DNA of 55,314 bases from positions 1 through 55,314 of the IMG/VR virus record IMGVR_UViG_3300049009_000899; one strand, written 5' to 3'. The position numbers and the translations under genes are program-made. This document shows positions 45,380-54,727 of this stretch, piece by piece. Source of the stretch: a virus. Lineage: Duplodnaviria > Caudoviricetes. Position 1 is the first letter of the stretch; every line of letters begins with the position of its first letter. The notes beneath the pieces were generated by a model that was not told the DNA's origin, did not search any database, and worked only from the letters and a program-made list of their open reading frames with translations.

Positions 45380-46246
45380 TTGAAAAAAGTATACATTGCC
45401 AACAAAAGCAAGCAGAAGCTGGGCGGGGGATTCGTCTTCATAGACAATCTGATTAAGGCTTCCAACAAAAACATTTCTTTCGTTTCCGACTGGAAATCCT
45501 GCAGCACGTACTTCATACCATCCGTAACCATGGCGGAAAGAGCCGAGGTTTCAGAAGCCAAGTCGGAAGGCAAGAAGATCGTCCTGCGCATCGACAACAT
45601 GCCGAAGGACAGCAAGAACAGGGGAACTTCGTTCAGCAGGATGAAGGACTACGCGTCATGGGCTGATGTCATAGTGTTCCAAAGCCTCTGGGCTAGGGAA
45701 TATGTCGGAGGTCATCTTGGATCTCGCGGGATCGACATAAGCAAATCGGTGGTCATATACAACGGGGTGGACACAAGGTTCTTCAACCACTCCGACAAAC
45801 CAGAAAAAAGAGGGGAGACGTATTTGTTCACCACGTTCAACACAGATGAGAACAAGAGGTTCCCGGAGGCAGCCTACGACTTCCATGTAAGGCACATGTC
45901 CGCAGTATCCGAAAACAGACCGAAACCTTCCCTCAGAATCGTAGGCAACTTCGCCAAGGAGGTCGTGGCATACAACTTCGACTTTTTCAGCGGCGAAAAA
46001 ATCTCCTACAAGCCGCCAGTCGAAAGCAGAAAGGAGATGGGAGAGATATACCGCTCATGCCAATATCTCTATTTCCCCGCTTTCGCGGACGCATCGCCGA
46101 ACACAGTGGGAGAGGCTATAGCCTGCGGCTGCAAGGTGCTGTTGTCCAACGAGATAGGAGGAACAAGGGAAGTGATGGAGCAATTCTCGAAGAAAACAAT
46201 ATCCATAGAAGAAATGTCAGTTAAATACGAGGAGACATTCCGATGA
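45380..46246 (+). CDS. Glycosyltransferase family 4 (GT-B)
   Basis: GGGF, VIYNGVDT, FPAFADASPNTVGEAIACG. Confidence 0.85.
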   Translation: MKKVYIANKSKQKLGGGFVFIDNLIKASNKNISFVSDWKSCSTYFIPSVTMAERAEVSEAKSEGKKIVLRIDNMPKDSKNRGTSFSRMKDYASWADVIVFQSLWAREYVGGHLGSRGIDISKSVVIYNGVDTRFFNHSDKPEKRGETYLFTTFNTDENKRFPEAAYDFHVRHMSAVSENRPKPSLRIVGNFAKEVVAYNFDFFSGEKISYKPPVESRKEMGEIYRSCQYLYFPAFADASPNTVGEAIACGCKVLLSNEIGGTREVMEQFSKKTISIEEMSVKYEETFR

Positions 46247-46911
46247 AACTAATCACTTCTTGGGACGATGGTTGCCGCAAGGATTTAAGGTTGGCCAAGA
46301 TGCTTTACGAAGAGGGCGTCGACGCCACATTCTACTGGCCGTGCGCCCTGGAAAAGTCAAAAAACCTGGACAGAGTAAAGCAGTTTCTTACCATGAACGA
46401 CTGCAAGGAGATCGCCAACTTCTTCAATGTCGGCTCGCATGGTTACAACCACATGATACTGAAGCCAGGCGAGGAATCCAAGAAATACCCATTCGCCTGC
46501 TCCACCATGAGGCGAGTGAACTGGGAGATCGTAAGTTCAAGGATGTTTTGGCAGGACGCGACAGGTCAAGACGTCGATTCGTTCTCCTACCCGTCCGGCA
46601 AGTTCACTGGCGCGGTGAAAAAACTTGTCGAGAAAGCTGGGTACAAGAACGCCAGATCTACCGAAGTTGGATCTCTGGACGGCGGCTCGGACCCCTATGA
46701 AACCCCAACCACCGTGCATGTCGGTTTCGACAGGTCACAGTACGGCGATTTGCCATGGGAGAAATTCGCAGAAAAGATGGTCGAAAAGTCAAAGTCCATG
46801 CCTGACGCCGTATTCCACCTATTCGGACATTCCTGGGAGATCGACATATCCAATAGCTGGAATGATCTTAGGTCACTTCTTAAGACATTGAAAGCTCTAT
46901 CTTCCGATTAG
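46243..46911 (+). CDS. Polysaccharide deacetylase (CE4/NodB)
   Basis: TSWDDG, ATFY, GSHGYNH, FSYPSG, HLFGHSWE. Confidence 0.88.
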   Translation: MKLITSWDDGCRKDLRLAKMLYEEGVDATFYWPCALEKSKNLDRVKQFLTMNDCKEIANFFNVGSHGYNHMILKPGEESKKYPFACSTMRRVNWEIVSSRMFWQDATGQDVDSFSYPSGKFTGAVKKLVEKAGYKNARSTEVGSLDGGSDPYETPTTVHVGFDRSQYGDLPWEKFAEKMVEKSKSMPDAVFHLFGHSWEIDISNSWNDLRSLLKTLKALSSD

Positions 46912-47844
46912 GCTCTTGTATATCCTCAGATATTCTTCAGCGCGCCACGACGAAGTCCTGTGCTTTATCGAATCCCTGGCGATCTCTCGCATTTTCAACC
47001 TTCGGCTTTCGTCCTCCATCAATTCGCTGAGAATTATTTTCAGGCTTTCCTTGTCCGATTTGTCAGCCTTGTTCAGGCAGATGTTGTGTCCGTTGTAGAT
47101 GTCCGGGACATGACCGACCAACCTGCTCAATACCGGGGTCCCGCAAGCCATAGCCTCCAGCATAGGAAGAGTTCCAGCCTCGAATTGGTCTTTCGAATTG
47201 CAGACATGGATGGACGAATCGTAGTACGACTGCCTTACAGCTTGGTCGGAAACGCTGCTCTTGAAATTAAGTGTTGGATTACCCTCTTTTATTACGGTGC
47301 TCATGTAATTACCATCTGAGACCCTTCCGACCAAGTTGAATTTATAGCCAAGTTCTCGACAGGCGATCGCGACCTCCAGGACTCCCTTGTTTCCCTCTAT
47401 CCTGTTGACCACCATGTTGACGCTCTTGTCGTTTGCGTATGAATTACCGAACTTGAAGAAATCCATGTCGATGCACAACGGCACCAGTCTCGAATTCGGA
47501 AGTTCGGATTTCTGGTAATTGTTGACGACAATCACCTCCTTGTAATCATTCCATTTTTCTTCATGGAGGTTGTAGGGATTGTGATGCGTCAAAATCTTTG
47601 GTTTAGTGTCCCACAGTTTTTTGTACAGCTCCTTGACCTTAGATCCAGATTTCCAATACTGGACGTCGATCAAGTCAGCCCAACCCCAACTCTTGCGGAG
47701 CATCGAAATCTCGGAAGCCGAAGGCTTTTTCGGGTGAAATGTCAGAATCTTGATGTCGCACTTTCCCTTGTTGTGGTTCATTATGTTTATCGCCAGAGAG
47801 GTTATCGCCGTATTCTCCGCTGGAACTATCTGCAATACTTTCAT
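46897..47844 (-). CDS. Glycosyltransferase family 4 (GT-B)
   Basis: NRIEGNKG, FEAGTLPMLEAMACGTPVLS. Confidence 0.85.
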   Translation of the reverse strand: MKVLQIVPAENTAITSLAINIMNHNKGKCDIKILTFHPKKPSASEISMLRKSWGWADLIDVQYWKSGSKVKELYKKLWDTKPKILTHHNPYNLHEEKWNDYKEVIVVNNYQKSELPNSRLVPLCIDMDFFKFGNSYANDKSVNMVVNRIEGNKGVLEVAIACRELGYKFNLVGRVSDGNYMSTVIKEGNPTLNFKSSVSDQAVRQSYYDSSIHVCNSKDQFEAGTLPMLEAMACGTPVLSRLVGHVPDIYNGHNICLNKADKSDKESLKIILSELMEDESRRLKMREIARDSIKHRTSSWRAEEYLRIYKSLIGR

Positions 47845-48677
47845 TTCGTTTTCCTTTTTTTTCTGTTGTTGCCGATTTTTTTGTTGATCTCGATTACGCC
47901 TTTAAGCAACTTGGGGTCGTATCCGAGCTTGTCGATGGAATACCTTCTCAGAGCCTCTATGTCCTTTGGCAGGCACTTTCCAGAGAAAGGCATGTCGTTG
48001 GCGCTGAAAACGGCGGTGTGCATGGGGTTGATCCTTGGGTCCATGAGCCAAAGTTCCCTGACGGAGTTGTAGTCTATCCCAGCCTTGACGCATATCTCGG
48101 CAATCTCGTAGCAGAAGAGTATTTTTGTGGCGTAGAAGCTGTTCTCCATATACTTCGCCATCTCTGCCGCGGAGGCTGTCGTCTGGACATATTTCTTGAC
48201 CGGTCCGGCTACCATGGCGTAGAAGTCAACAGCCATCGATGTGTGCTCGCTCTTTCCCCCGAATATGAAGAACGGCATCTCCTTCACGTCCCTGTCCCAA
48301 AGGTAGGGCGACCAGTACCTTGATTCGCCGCAATACTCGGGGGAGAAAACTATCGGCTTTGAGGTTTCCAGAGACAGTCTGTCCGTGGTTCCTATTTCGA
48401 CGGTGGACTTCAATATCACGAGAGGCGTGTCAATCCAGCTCACGACCTCGTCCACCATGGAGACATCGCAAGTTCCGTCTTCCTTGGATGGAGTCGGCAC
48501 ACAGATGAGGGAAAGGTCGCATCCGTTTATCTCGTCACGTCCCACGAAGTTCGCCAGCCCCTTGTCTTCATCCCTCACGGCGACATCGTTGACGAGGACT
48601 TCATAATGGTTTCCGAAGAACCTGTGCATCGCCCTTCCGACATAGCCATAGCCAACAATGCCAACTTTTTTCCTCAT
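47841..48677 (-). CDS. UDP-glucose/GDP-mannose dehydrogenase family (short form lacking the C-terminal domain)
   Basis: GIVGYGYVG, ICVPTP, KSTV..GTT, FSPE, AEMAKY.EN, GKCLPKD. Confidence 0.9.
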   Translation of the reverse strand: MRKKVGIVGYGYVGRAMHRFFGNHYEVLVNDVAVRDEDKGLANFVGRDEINGCDLSLICVPTPSKEDGTCDVSMVDEVVSWIDTPLVILKSTVEIGTTDRLSLETSKPIVFSPEYCGESRYWSPYLWDRDVKEMPFFIFGGKSEHTSMAVDFYAMVAGPVKKYVQTTASAAEMAKYMENSFYATKILFCYEIAEICVKAGIDYNSVRELWLMDPRINPMHTAVFSANDMPFSGKCLPKDIEALRRYSIDKLGYDPKLLKGVIEINKKIGNNRKKRKTK

Positions 48678-49531
48678 TTTCCACCTATGCCTTTAAGGAA
48701 GCCGTCAACGTAATCAGGGAGGTTCACCTTTGGCTCCCAGCGAAGCCTCGACTTGGAGAACGATATGTCAGCCAGAGTAGACTTAGCCTCGCCAGCCCTA
48801 GCAGGCAAGTATTCCATTCCGACAGGCTCGAACATGGCTGCGACCTCGTTGATGGAATAATTGTGGCTTCTTCCTAGGTTGAAAACCTCGCCGTTCCAGC
48901 GGGAATCACCCATCAGCATCAAACCGGAGCATATGTCGTCCACGTGCGTGAAGTCCCTGAGTTGCTCGCCATTGCCAGTTATTGTGAGTGGAACGTTTCG
49001 AATCTTCTGGTCCTCGAATATGCCGAGAACATTGGCGTTAGACCCGGTCCTGACGTGCCTTGGTCCGTAGACGTTGAAAAACCTCGCTATGGCTGCGGAA
49101 ACCCCATAGACCTTGTTGTACATCCTGCAGTGTTCCTCGCCTATCCATTTCGAGTGAGAGTACGGGCTGGCGTGCGGGTCGAAATAGAATGACGAGGATC
49201 CGGCGTAAACCAGCCTGCACCTTTTAGCCACCGCGTAGTCGAGAACCCTGACAGTGCCCTGGCAGTTGGCGCTGATTGTCTCGTGTGGTCTGCCGAAGCT
49301 TGGCTGTATCCTGGCGAGGGCGGCTATGTGGTATATCAAATCCGGCTCGAAGTCTATGGACGACCATTCGCCGCGTATGTCGAATTCGACAAATTCCGCG
49401 GCTTTGTTTATGTTTTCCATTTTGCCGGTAGACAGGTTGTCCACCACGCACACCTTGTCGCCCCGCGCGACAAGCTTGTCGACCAGATTGCTCCCAACGA
49501 AGCCAGCACCGCCAGTTACAATAATTTTCAT
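48674..49531 (-). CDS. NAD-dependent nucleotide-sugar epimerase/dehydratase
   Basis: VTGGAGFVGS, DNLSTG, PYSHSK (YxxxK), RFFNVYGP, RDFTHVDD. Confidence 0.92.
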   Translation of the reverse strand: MKIIVTGGAGFVGSNLVDKLVARGDKVCVVDNLSTGKMENINKAAEFVEFDIRGEWSSIDFEPDLIYHIAALARIQPSFGRPHETISANCQGTVRVLDYAVAKRCRLVYAGSSSFYFDPHASPYSHSKWIGEEHCRMYNKVYGVSAAIARFFNVYGPRHVRTGSNANVLGIFEDQKIRNVPLTITGNGEQLRDFTHVDDICSGLMLMGDSRWNGEVFNLGRSHNYSINEVAAMFEPVGMEYLPARAGEAKSTLADISFSKSRLRWEPKVNLPDYVDGFLKGIGGK

Positions 49532-49595
49532 TTTTTTGCTCCCCATTAAATTAGTTTGAAGGCAACTATATATCTTGTCCAATCATGGAGAAAAA

Positions 49596-50018
49596 ATGAA
49601 AAAGCAACTTACGACAGACGATGTTAGGAAAATCATACTTGACGTGGAAAACTACCTGTCCGACCTCAAAAAAAGGTGGGACGCTGAAAAACCGCAAACA
49701 TCCGGATGGGTCAGCATTCCGAAGGACGTGATAGTCAAGGGCACCATGTTTCTGTTGAGCTCAACAGATGAAATGATACAGTTCGTTGAGGGGTTGATAC
49801 CGGAAGGTAAAGACAAGAAGGAAACGGTCATGCTGGTCAGCGGAAAGCTGTTCGACTATATAATCATAGCGAACCTTCCTATGGTCATGAAACCTTTCTC
49901 CAGGATAGCCAAGAAAATAGTGGTGGATGTCATTGTCAGCCAAATGATTGATTTCATGGTTCAGAAATACAGGAGCGGATACTGGAAAATGGAGGCTAAT
50001 GAAGAAGGAAAATCATAA
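49596..50018 (+). CDS. Hypothetical protein
   Basis: GGAG RBS; overlaps the subtilase start. Confidence 0.65.
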   Translation: MKKQLTTDDVRKIILDVENYLSDLKKRWDAEKPQTSGWVSIPKDVIVKGTMFLLSSTDEMIQFVEGLIPEGKDKKETVMLVSGKLFDYIIIANLPMVMKPFSRIAKKIVVDVIVSQMIDFMVQKYRSGYWKMEANEEGKS

Positions 50019-50940
50019 ATGCAACCTCCTACCCTTCAGGAGGAAGGAAGTTGTCTCCATACAGTCGTCCAAGCAGAAACACGGATGGGGAATAACGGCA
50101 TTCAACCTGCCGGAGGCTTGGGGCGAAACCCAAGGCGAGGGCGTCAAAATAGCCGTGATAGACACCGGCGTCGACCTTGACCACCCGGACCTGAAGGAGA
50201 ACCTTCTTCCGGGAATGAATTTCGTAAACAAGAAAAAGCCGCCACACGACGATGCGGGTCACGGAACGCATGTCGCCGGAATAATATGCGCCATGAACAA
50301 CGAAATAGGAATGGTTGGGGTAGCCCCGAAATCCAAGGTAGTTCCGATAAAAGTACTGGATTCCAAGGGGTCAGGCGATCTCATCACGGTCTCGGAAGGA
50401 ATCAGGTGGGCTGTCGAACAGGGAGTAGACTTCATAACCTTGAGCCTCGGGTCTCCGAATCCGGTCCAGCAAGTGAGGAAGGCGATACAACTGGCTGAAT
50501 CCAAAGGTATAATAACCTTCTGCGCAGCCGGGAACGCAGGCAAGACAAGGCAGATATTCTATCCGGCAAACTATCCGGAAACGATAGGGATAGGATCGAT
50601 AGACGAGGACATGGACAGGTCTAACTTCAGCTGCACGGGTCAAGACCTTGATTTCCTTGCTCCTGGAAATGAAATATTCAGCACCGTTCCCGAATCATGG
50701 TACGCGATACTCTCGGGAACATCCATGGCGAACCCATTTGCGGTGGGGGTGGCGGCGCTTCTTCTCTCATACAACAGGTCCAAGGGCAACAAGATAAAGC
50801 TCGAGTGTTCGGACGACTACAGGAAGGTCTTCAAGAAGAACACCATACCGGTGAGCAATCCAAAATTCGCAAAAGACAAGTTCTTCGAGGGTTTCGGGAT
50901 CATCAATCCTTCGGATATTGACTCATGGCTCTCCGAATGA
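49999..50940 (+). CDS. Subtilisin-like (S8) serine protease
   Basis: AVIDTG (Asp), HGTHVAG (His), AAGN, SGTSMA (Ser); GGAGG RBS. Confidence 0.95.
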   Translation: MKKENHKCNLLPFRRKEVVSIQSSKQKHGWGITAFNLPEAWGETQGEGVKIAVIDTGVDLDHPDLKENLLPGMNFVNKKKPPHDDAGHGTHVAGIICAMNNEIGMVGVAPKSKVVPIKVLDSKGSGDLITVSEGIRWAVEQGVDFITLSLGSPNPVQQVRKAIQLAESKGIITFCAAGNAGKTRQIFYPANYPETIGIGSIDEDMDRSNFSCTGQDLDFLAPGNEIFSTVPESWYAILSGTSMANPFAVGVAALLLSYNRSKGNKIKLECSDDYRKVFKKNTIPVSNPKFAKDKFFEGFGIINPSDIDSWLSE

Positions 50941-51331
50941 TTATCTTCTTGCACCTGTCCGCGAGCTCGTAGTCCTCGGCAAATATGGCTTTGTCCATCT
51001 TTTGCACAATCTGGATTATGTCGAGCGAATCGAGGACATCGGGCGTCTTGCCGGTGTGCTTGAGAGAAGTCTGGCAAATCGAAAAAAATGATTTCGCGAC
51101 CTCATTGAATTTATCATAGCACTTGGGGCAGCCGAATTTCTTCGTCCTCTGTATTTCCATGTAACATGTGCCGCAAAGTTCGCAGGTCAAAAAAAGGAGA
51201 TCCTTGAATATAAAGAAATAAGGGCAATTCTGGCATATGTTGTGCGAGACTAAATCCTCGCCCTGAGAAAACGTGTACTGGAGATTCTTCGAGTTGCTGC
51301 AGGGCTGGTTCGACAGAGGGCAATTTTCCAT
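50903..51331 (-). CDS. mcsA: McsA-like protein (CxxC motifs + UVR domain)
   Basis: ICQNC, TCELCG, FGCPKCY..F, HTGKTP, AIFAEDYELA match the McsA architecture. Confidence 0.78.
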   Translation of the reverse strand: MENCPLSNQPCSNSKNLQYTFSQGEDLVSHNICQNCPYFFIFKDLLFLTCELCGTCYMEIQRTKKFGCPKCYDKFNEVAKSFFSICQTSLKHTGKTPDVLDSLDIIQIVQKMDKAIFAEDYELADRCKKIIIRRAMSQYPKD

Positions 51332-51338
51332 GAATGAC

Positions 51339-51854
51339 CTATTTCGAGTTTGATATCTTGTTATTATAACTCATGATGTCTTCCCGCGTAAGCTCATCTG
51401 CGTACTTAGCGAAGAAATACCTGCTGAAAGTCTCGAATTCCGAGGCAAAAGACTTTCTGACGGAAACAATCTTCTCCAGATACGCGTTGACCTCGGATTT
51501 GACGGCTGGTCTGGAGTCGGAAGAACCGACAAGCTTGTGGTTCGGGCTTTCGAACTTCTTCAGTTCCTCGACCCAGAATTCCTCTATCTTCATCAGGGAA
51601 CTAAGAGTCCTGTTGCCGACGACGAAGCAGAAAACGTCCTTGTCATGCTGGTCGAGTTCCGACCAAGGCGTCTCCACGCCATCAGACTTCCTCTTGAGGA
51701 TTATCTTCTCCCAGGTCTTGTGCGAAAAAACGCCAATCGCCATTTTCTTCGATTGCTCCACCTTGCTTTCGTAGTCGGCAACGGTCGGAGAATACTGCCG
51801 ATGCTCTCCAGCCAAGAGGGCAAACAAGAAAATAAAGCCAAATATGCGAATCAT
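51339..51854 (-). CDS. Hypothetical exported protein
   Basis: Signal-like MIRIFGFIFLFALLAG; ATGA coupling. Confidence 0.6.
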   Translation of the reverse strand: MIRIFGFIFLFALLAGEHRQYSPTVADYESKVEQSKKMAIGVFSHKTWEKIILKRKSDGVETPWSELDQHDKDVFCFVVGNRTLSSLMKIEEFWVEELKKFESPNHKLVGSSDSRPAVKSEVNAYLEKIVSVRKSFASEFETFSRYFFAKYADELTREDIMSYNNKISNSK

Positions 51855-52693
51855 ATGGTGCCACCCTTGATCTTGATCCTGAAACCGTCGTTCTCCATCG
51901 GGGCGACGCCCGCGACGACCACTCTTCTCACCCATACTGCGAAAAACTCCCCAGCCTTGAACTCGCCCACGTTTATCGGCGACGAGGAGGAAGTCGGAAG
52001 GAATGATATGTTGGCTGGAAGCGTCGTCTCGCTGCTTATCTCCTCGGCAACCTTCAGTTTGGGGGCTCCCTTGAAAACATCGATGACGGACAGCGAACTC
52101 CCGACATCGAGAAACGACTGGGAAAGGCTCACGAGATTCATGGACTCGTAGTATCTTTTGCCGGAGGCGGCTCCTCCAAACAAGACATTGAACTGCGCCG
52201 TCGTCCCATAGTACGAGGCATTGACCGTTACCGTCTCCAATCCCGGTACCGATCTTATCGCGGTCTGGAAATTGGAAGCCCAGACAGATATGTTCGAATC
52301 CATGACCACGGTGAAATTGACATCGGAATCCGTGAAGAAGTCGTAATGGCTCAGGGTGAAAGAGCCGCTGGACACGGACGTGGCTTTCGTGACGTAAATG
52401 TCCTGCCTTTCGTCCAATGACTCCACACCTATGGTGATATCAGCCCCCAACTCAGTCTGGCTCTCTATGTAGACCAAGGAATCGTACAGGGAAGAATCCC
52501 CACTTATGTTGTTGAAGTACACGCACCTGTAGTCCACGTTGCCCGCAGCCGCCTGCGCTGAAGTAACAAGGTCGAAAATCCTGGTGCTGGTCAGTGGAAT
52601 GTTCGATATATCGCCTCCGAGGCTAGCGTCCGGGTCGTTGTTGCCGACGCCGCCGGAGTAAAACAGTTTTATGTCGCCATCAGATAGAGCCAT
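51851..52693 (-). CDS. Putative virion structural protein
   Basis: SLGG.IS...IFD.V......G.VDYRC.Y..N and GE..AVWVRR patterns seen in phage tail-region proteins. Confidence 0.6.
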   Translation of the reverse strand: MALSDGDIKLFYSGGVGNNDPDASLGGDISNIPLTSTRIFDLVTSAQAAAGNVDYRCVYFNNISGDSSLYDSLVYIESQTELGADITIGVESLDERQDIYVTKATSVSSGSFTLSHYDFFTDSDVNFTVVMDSNISVWASNFQTAIRSVPGLETVTVNASYYGTTAQFNVLFGGAASGKRYYESMNLVSLSQSFLDVGSSLSVIDVFKGAPKLKVAEEISSETTLPANISFLPTSSSSPINVGEFKAGEFFAVWVRRVVVAGVAPMENDGFRIKIKGGTI

Positions 52694-52979
52694 GTTCCCT
52701 CTTAATTATGTAACGAACGTTCCTAGTAGAGTATCCGGTCATGGAGGATATCTCGCGAATTCCCCACCCAAGCCTAGAAAGGCTCCTTACCTTCTCGTGG
52801 TGGACTCCCTTCCTGTTCGGATTGATGCTGTTAGCCCTTAGAATCCTATATACGTCCGTTTCTGATTTGCCATAGTTCGCCCCTATGTCGGACACGGAGA
52901 CGCCGCCGCCATTCAGATACATGTGTATTATTTCTGAGTCGACATTGTTATTTTCAAAAAATTGGGTGAAACCTTTCAT
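52680..52979 (-). CDS. Tandem helix-turn-helix DNA-binding protein
   Basis: SVSDIGANYGKSETDVYRIL and GIREISSMTGYSTRNVRYII. Confidence 0.75.
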   Translation of the reverse strand: MKGFTQFFENNNVDSEIIHMYLNGGGVSVSDIGANYGKSETDVYRILRANSINPNRKGVHHEKVRSLSRLGWGIREISSMTGYSTRNVRYIIKREHGSI

Positions 52980-53036
52980 AAATTATATATTGAACTGGCT
53001 TTACGAATTACCTTATAATTTGAAGTAACAGGACCG

Positions 53037-53792
53037 ATGATGGAAAATTGTTCTCGTAGAATCAAGTGGTATGAATCAAAGAGAAGAAATTTGAACATAC
53101 TTCAAATATACAAGAAAGGTCTGGAGTTCTCGTTCGTTTCCGACGAATACGAGCAATGCCACGAATTTTTGTTCTGCAAGGATTTCCTCCAGACCATAAT
53201 TTTCTCCAACATACGCAACAAGCCGATAAACATATTCAACTTCATGTACCACCCGGAAAAGAATCCGAGGATACACACGGATGAGCTCCGCATCCTTTTC
53301 AGGAGCAACAACGACGCTAACTTCGACCGAAACCTAGAGAACTCCATCCTGTTCATCAACGAGATAGAGAAAATGTTGGGGATGAGAAAGAGCAAGACCA
53401 GAAAGTGCGAAAACGGTTGCTGGATGGTCAAGGGTTCAAAAAGGTGGCTGAAAGCCCCGCCGATGATATCCCTGTTCGTTCTCCTCGTAAGGGTGGGGAT
53501 GACGCACAAGCCAGAAAACTCGTTCCAAAAGACCGTGAACGACATCATATCCGAAAGGACAAAGCCGTACCAGAACAAGGACTCCACGCTCCTCAGGGAC
53601 TCGTTCCTCGGCATGGAAAAGATCATCAAGATGGGCGACGGGAAGATATTCTACAAAAAGATGGAAAAGAACTACCCAAATCTGACCGCAGACTGCATCC
53701 ATAATGATACGGGCATACTGTCATATACTAACGAAATTAGAAAGAAAATAGCTGGTTCAAGTGTGGTTGTACCAAGGTGGCACCTTTTCTAG
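53037..53792 (+). CDS. Hypothetical protein upstream of the COOH-NH2 ligase
   Basis: 251-aa ORF in the same operon. Confidence 0.7.
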   Translation: MMENCSRRIKWYESKRRNLNILQIYKKGLEFSFVSDEYEQCHEFLFCKDFLQTIIFSNIRNKPINIFNFMYHPEKNPRIHTDELRILFRSNNDANFDRNLENSILFINEIEKMLGMRKSKTRKCENGCWMVKGSKRWLKAPPMISLFVLLVRVGMTHKPENSFQKTVNDIISERTKPYQNKDSTLLRDSFLGMEKIIKMGDGKIFYKKMEKNYPNLTADCIHNDTGILSYTNEIRKKIAGSSVVVPRWHLF

Positions 53793-53800
53793 GAGGTCTC

Positions 53801-54727
53801 ATGTTCTCTTTCGGTTCAGACCCAGAAGTATTTGTTTCCAACAATGGCAATCTAAGGAGCGCCATACGGTTGCTTCCAAGCAAAGAAAAAAGAAAAACCA
53901 TGAATGGGGCATCCGTGTACTACGACAACGTTCTTGCGGAAATGCAGGTCAAGCCAAGCTACAGCAAGATAGATGCCGTCGACAACTTCAGGGACGCCAT
54001 AGACCTACTCAACGAGGAGTTGCGCGAATACGAGATAAAGGTCGAGTCGTCCAACTGGTTCCCGGACAGCGAACTCACCGAAAGGGAGGCAAGGATAGCC
54101 GGCTGCAACCCGGAGTACTGCGCGTACACCCTCGAGCAAGTCCTTCCTCCCCAAGAGATCATAGAGACAACCGGATTCAGGACAGCTGGGGGTCACATCC
54201 ATATCGGCGAAAACGAACTTCTCAACGATGGCATGGAGATGCTCAACGTAATAAGGATGATGGACTTGTTCATAGGTCTTCCCTCAGTCCTCCTGGACCA
54301 TGACGCCACACAGGTATTCCGCAGGAACGTGTACGGTCACGCGGGAAGCCACAGGATTCCCGAACACGGATTGGAGTACAGATGCCTAGGGAATTTCTGG
54401 GTCAAAAGCCCTAAACTTCTCGAATTGGTTTACGACCTTACGAAGTTCACCATAGGTTTCGTGGAGGATGGCGGTCACAAGAAGTTCTGGTCGGTGGACG
54501 ACTCACTCCTCGACAACGACGATGTCTCGAAGGCTCACTCCTGTTTCGGGTACGATATAGACCTTCTTCGGCAATGCATAAACTCCTGCGACCGCAAAAA
54601 GGCGAGCAACTTCATGCACATAGTCGAAGGACACCTGCCGCACAATCTGATATCACAGATATATGAGATGCAGGACAAGAAATTCGACTTCTACAAGGAG
54701 TGGAACATCAAATGTTCAGTTTCCTGA
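53801..54727 (+). CDS. phiEco32-like COOH-NH2 ligase (type 2)
   Basis: FGSDPEVF, DNVLAE, GCNPE, FRTAGGHIHIG, RR..YG.AG.HR, GLEYR.L.NFW; AGGAGGT RBS. Confidence 0.85.
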   Translation: MFSFGSDPEVFVSNNGNLRSAIRLLPSKEKRKTMNGASVYYDNVLAEMQVKPSYSKIDAVDNFRDAIDLLNEELREYEIKVESSNWFPDSELTEREARIAGCNPEYCAYTLEQVLPPQEIIETTGFRTAGGHIHIGENELLNDGMEMLNVIRMMDLFIGLPSVLLDHDATQVFRRNVYGHAGSHRIPEHGLEYRCLGNFWVKSPKLLELVYDLTKFTIGFVEDGGHKKFWSVDDSLLDNDDVSKAHSCFGYDIDLLRQCINSCDRKKASNFMHIVEGHLPHNLISQIYEMQDKKFDFYKEWNIKCSVS

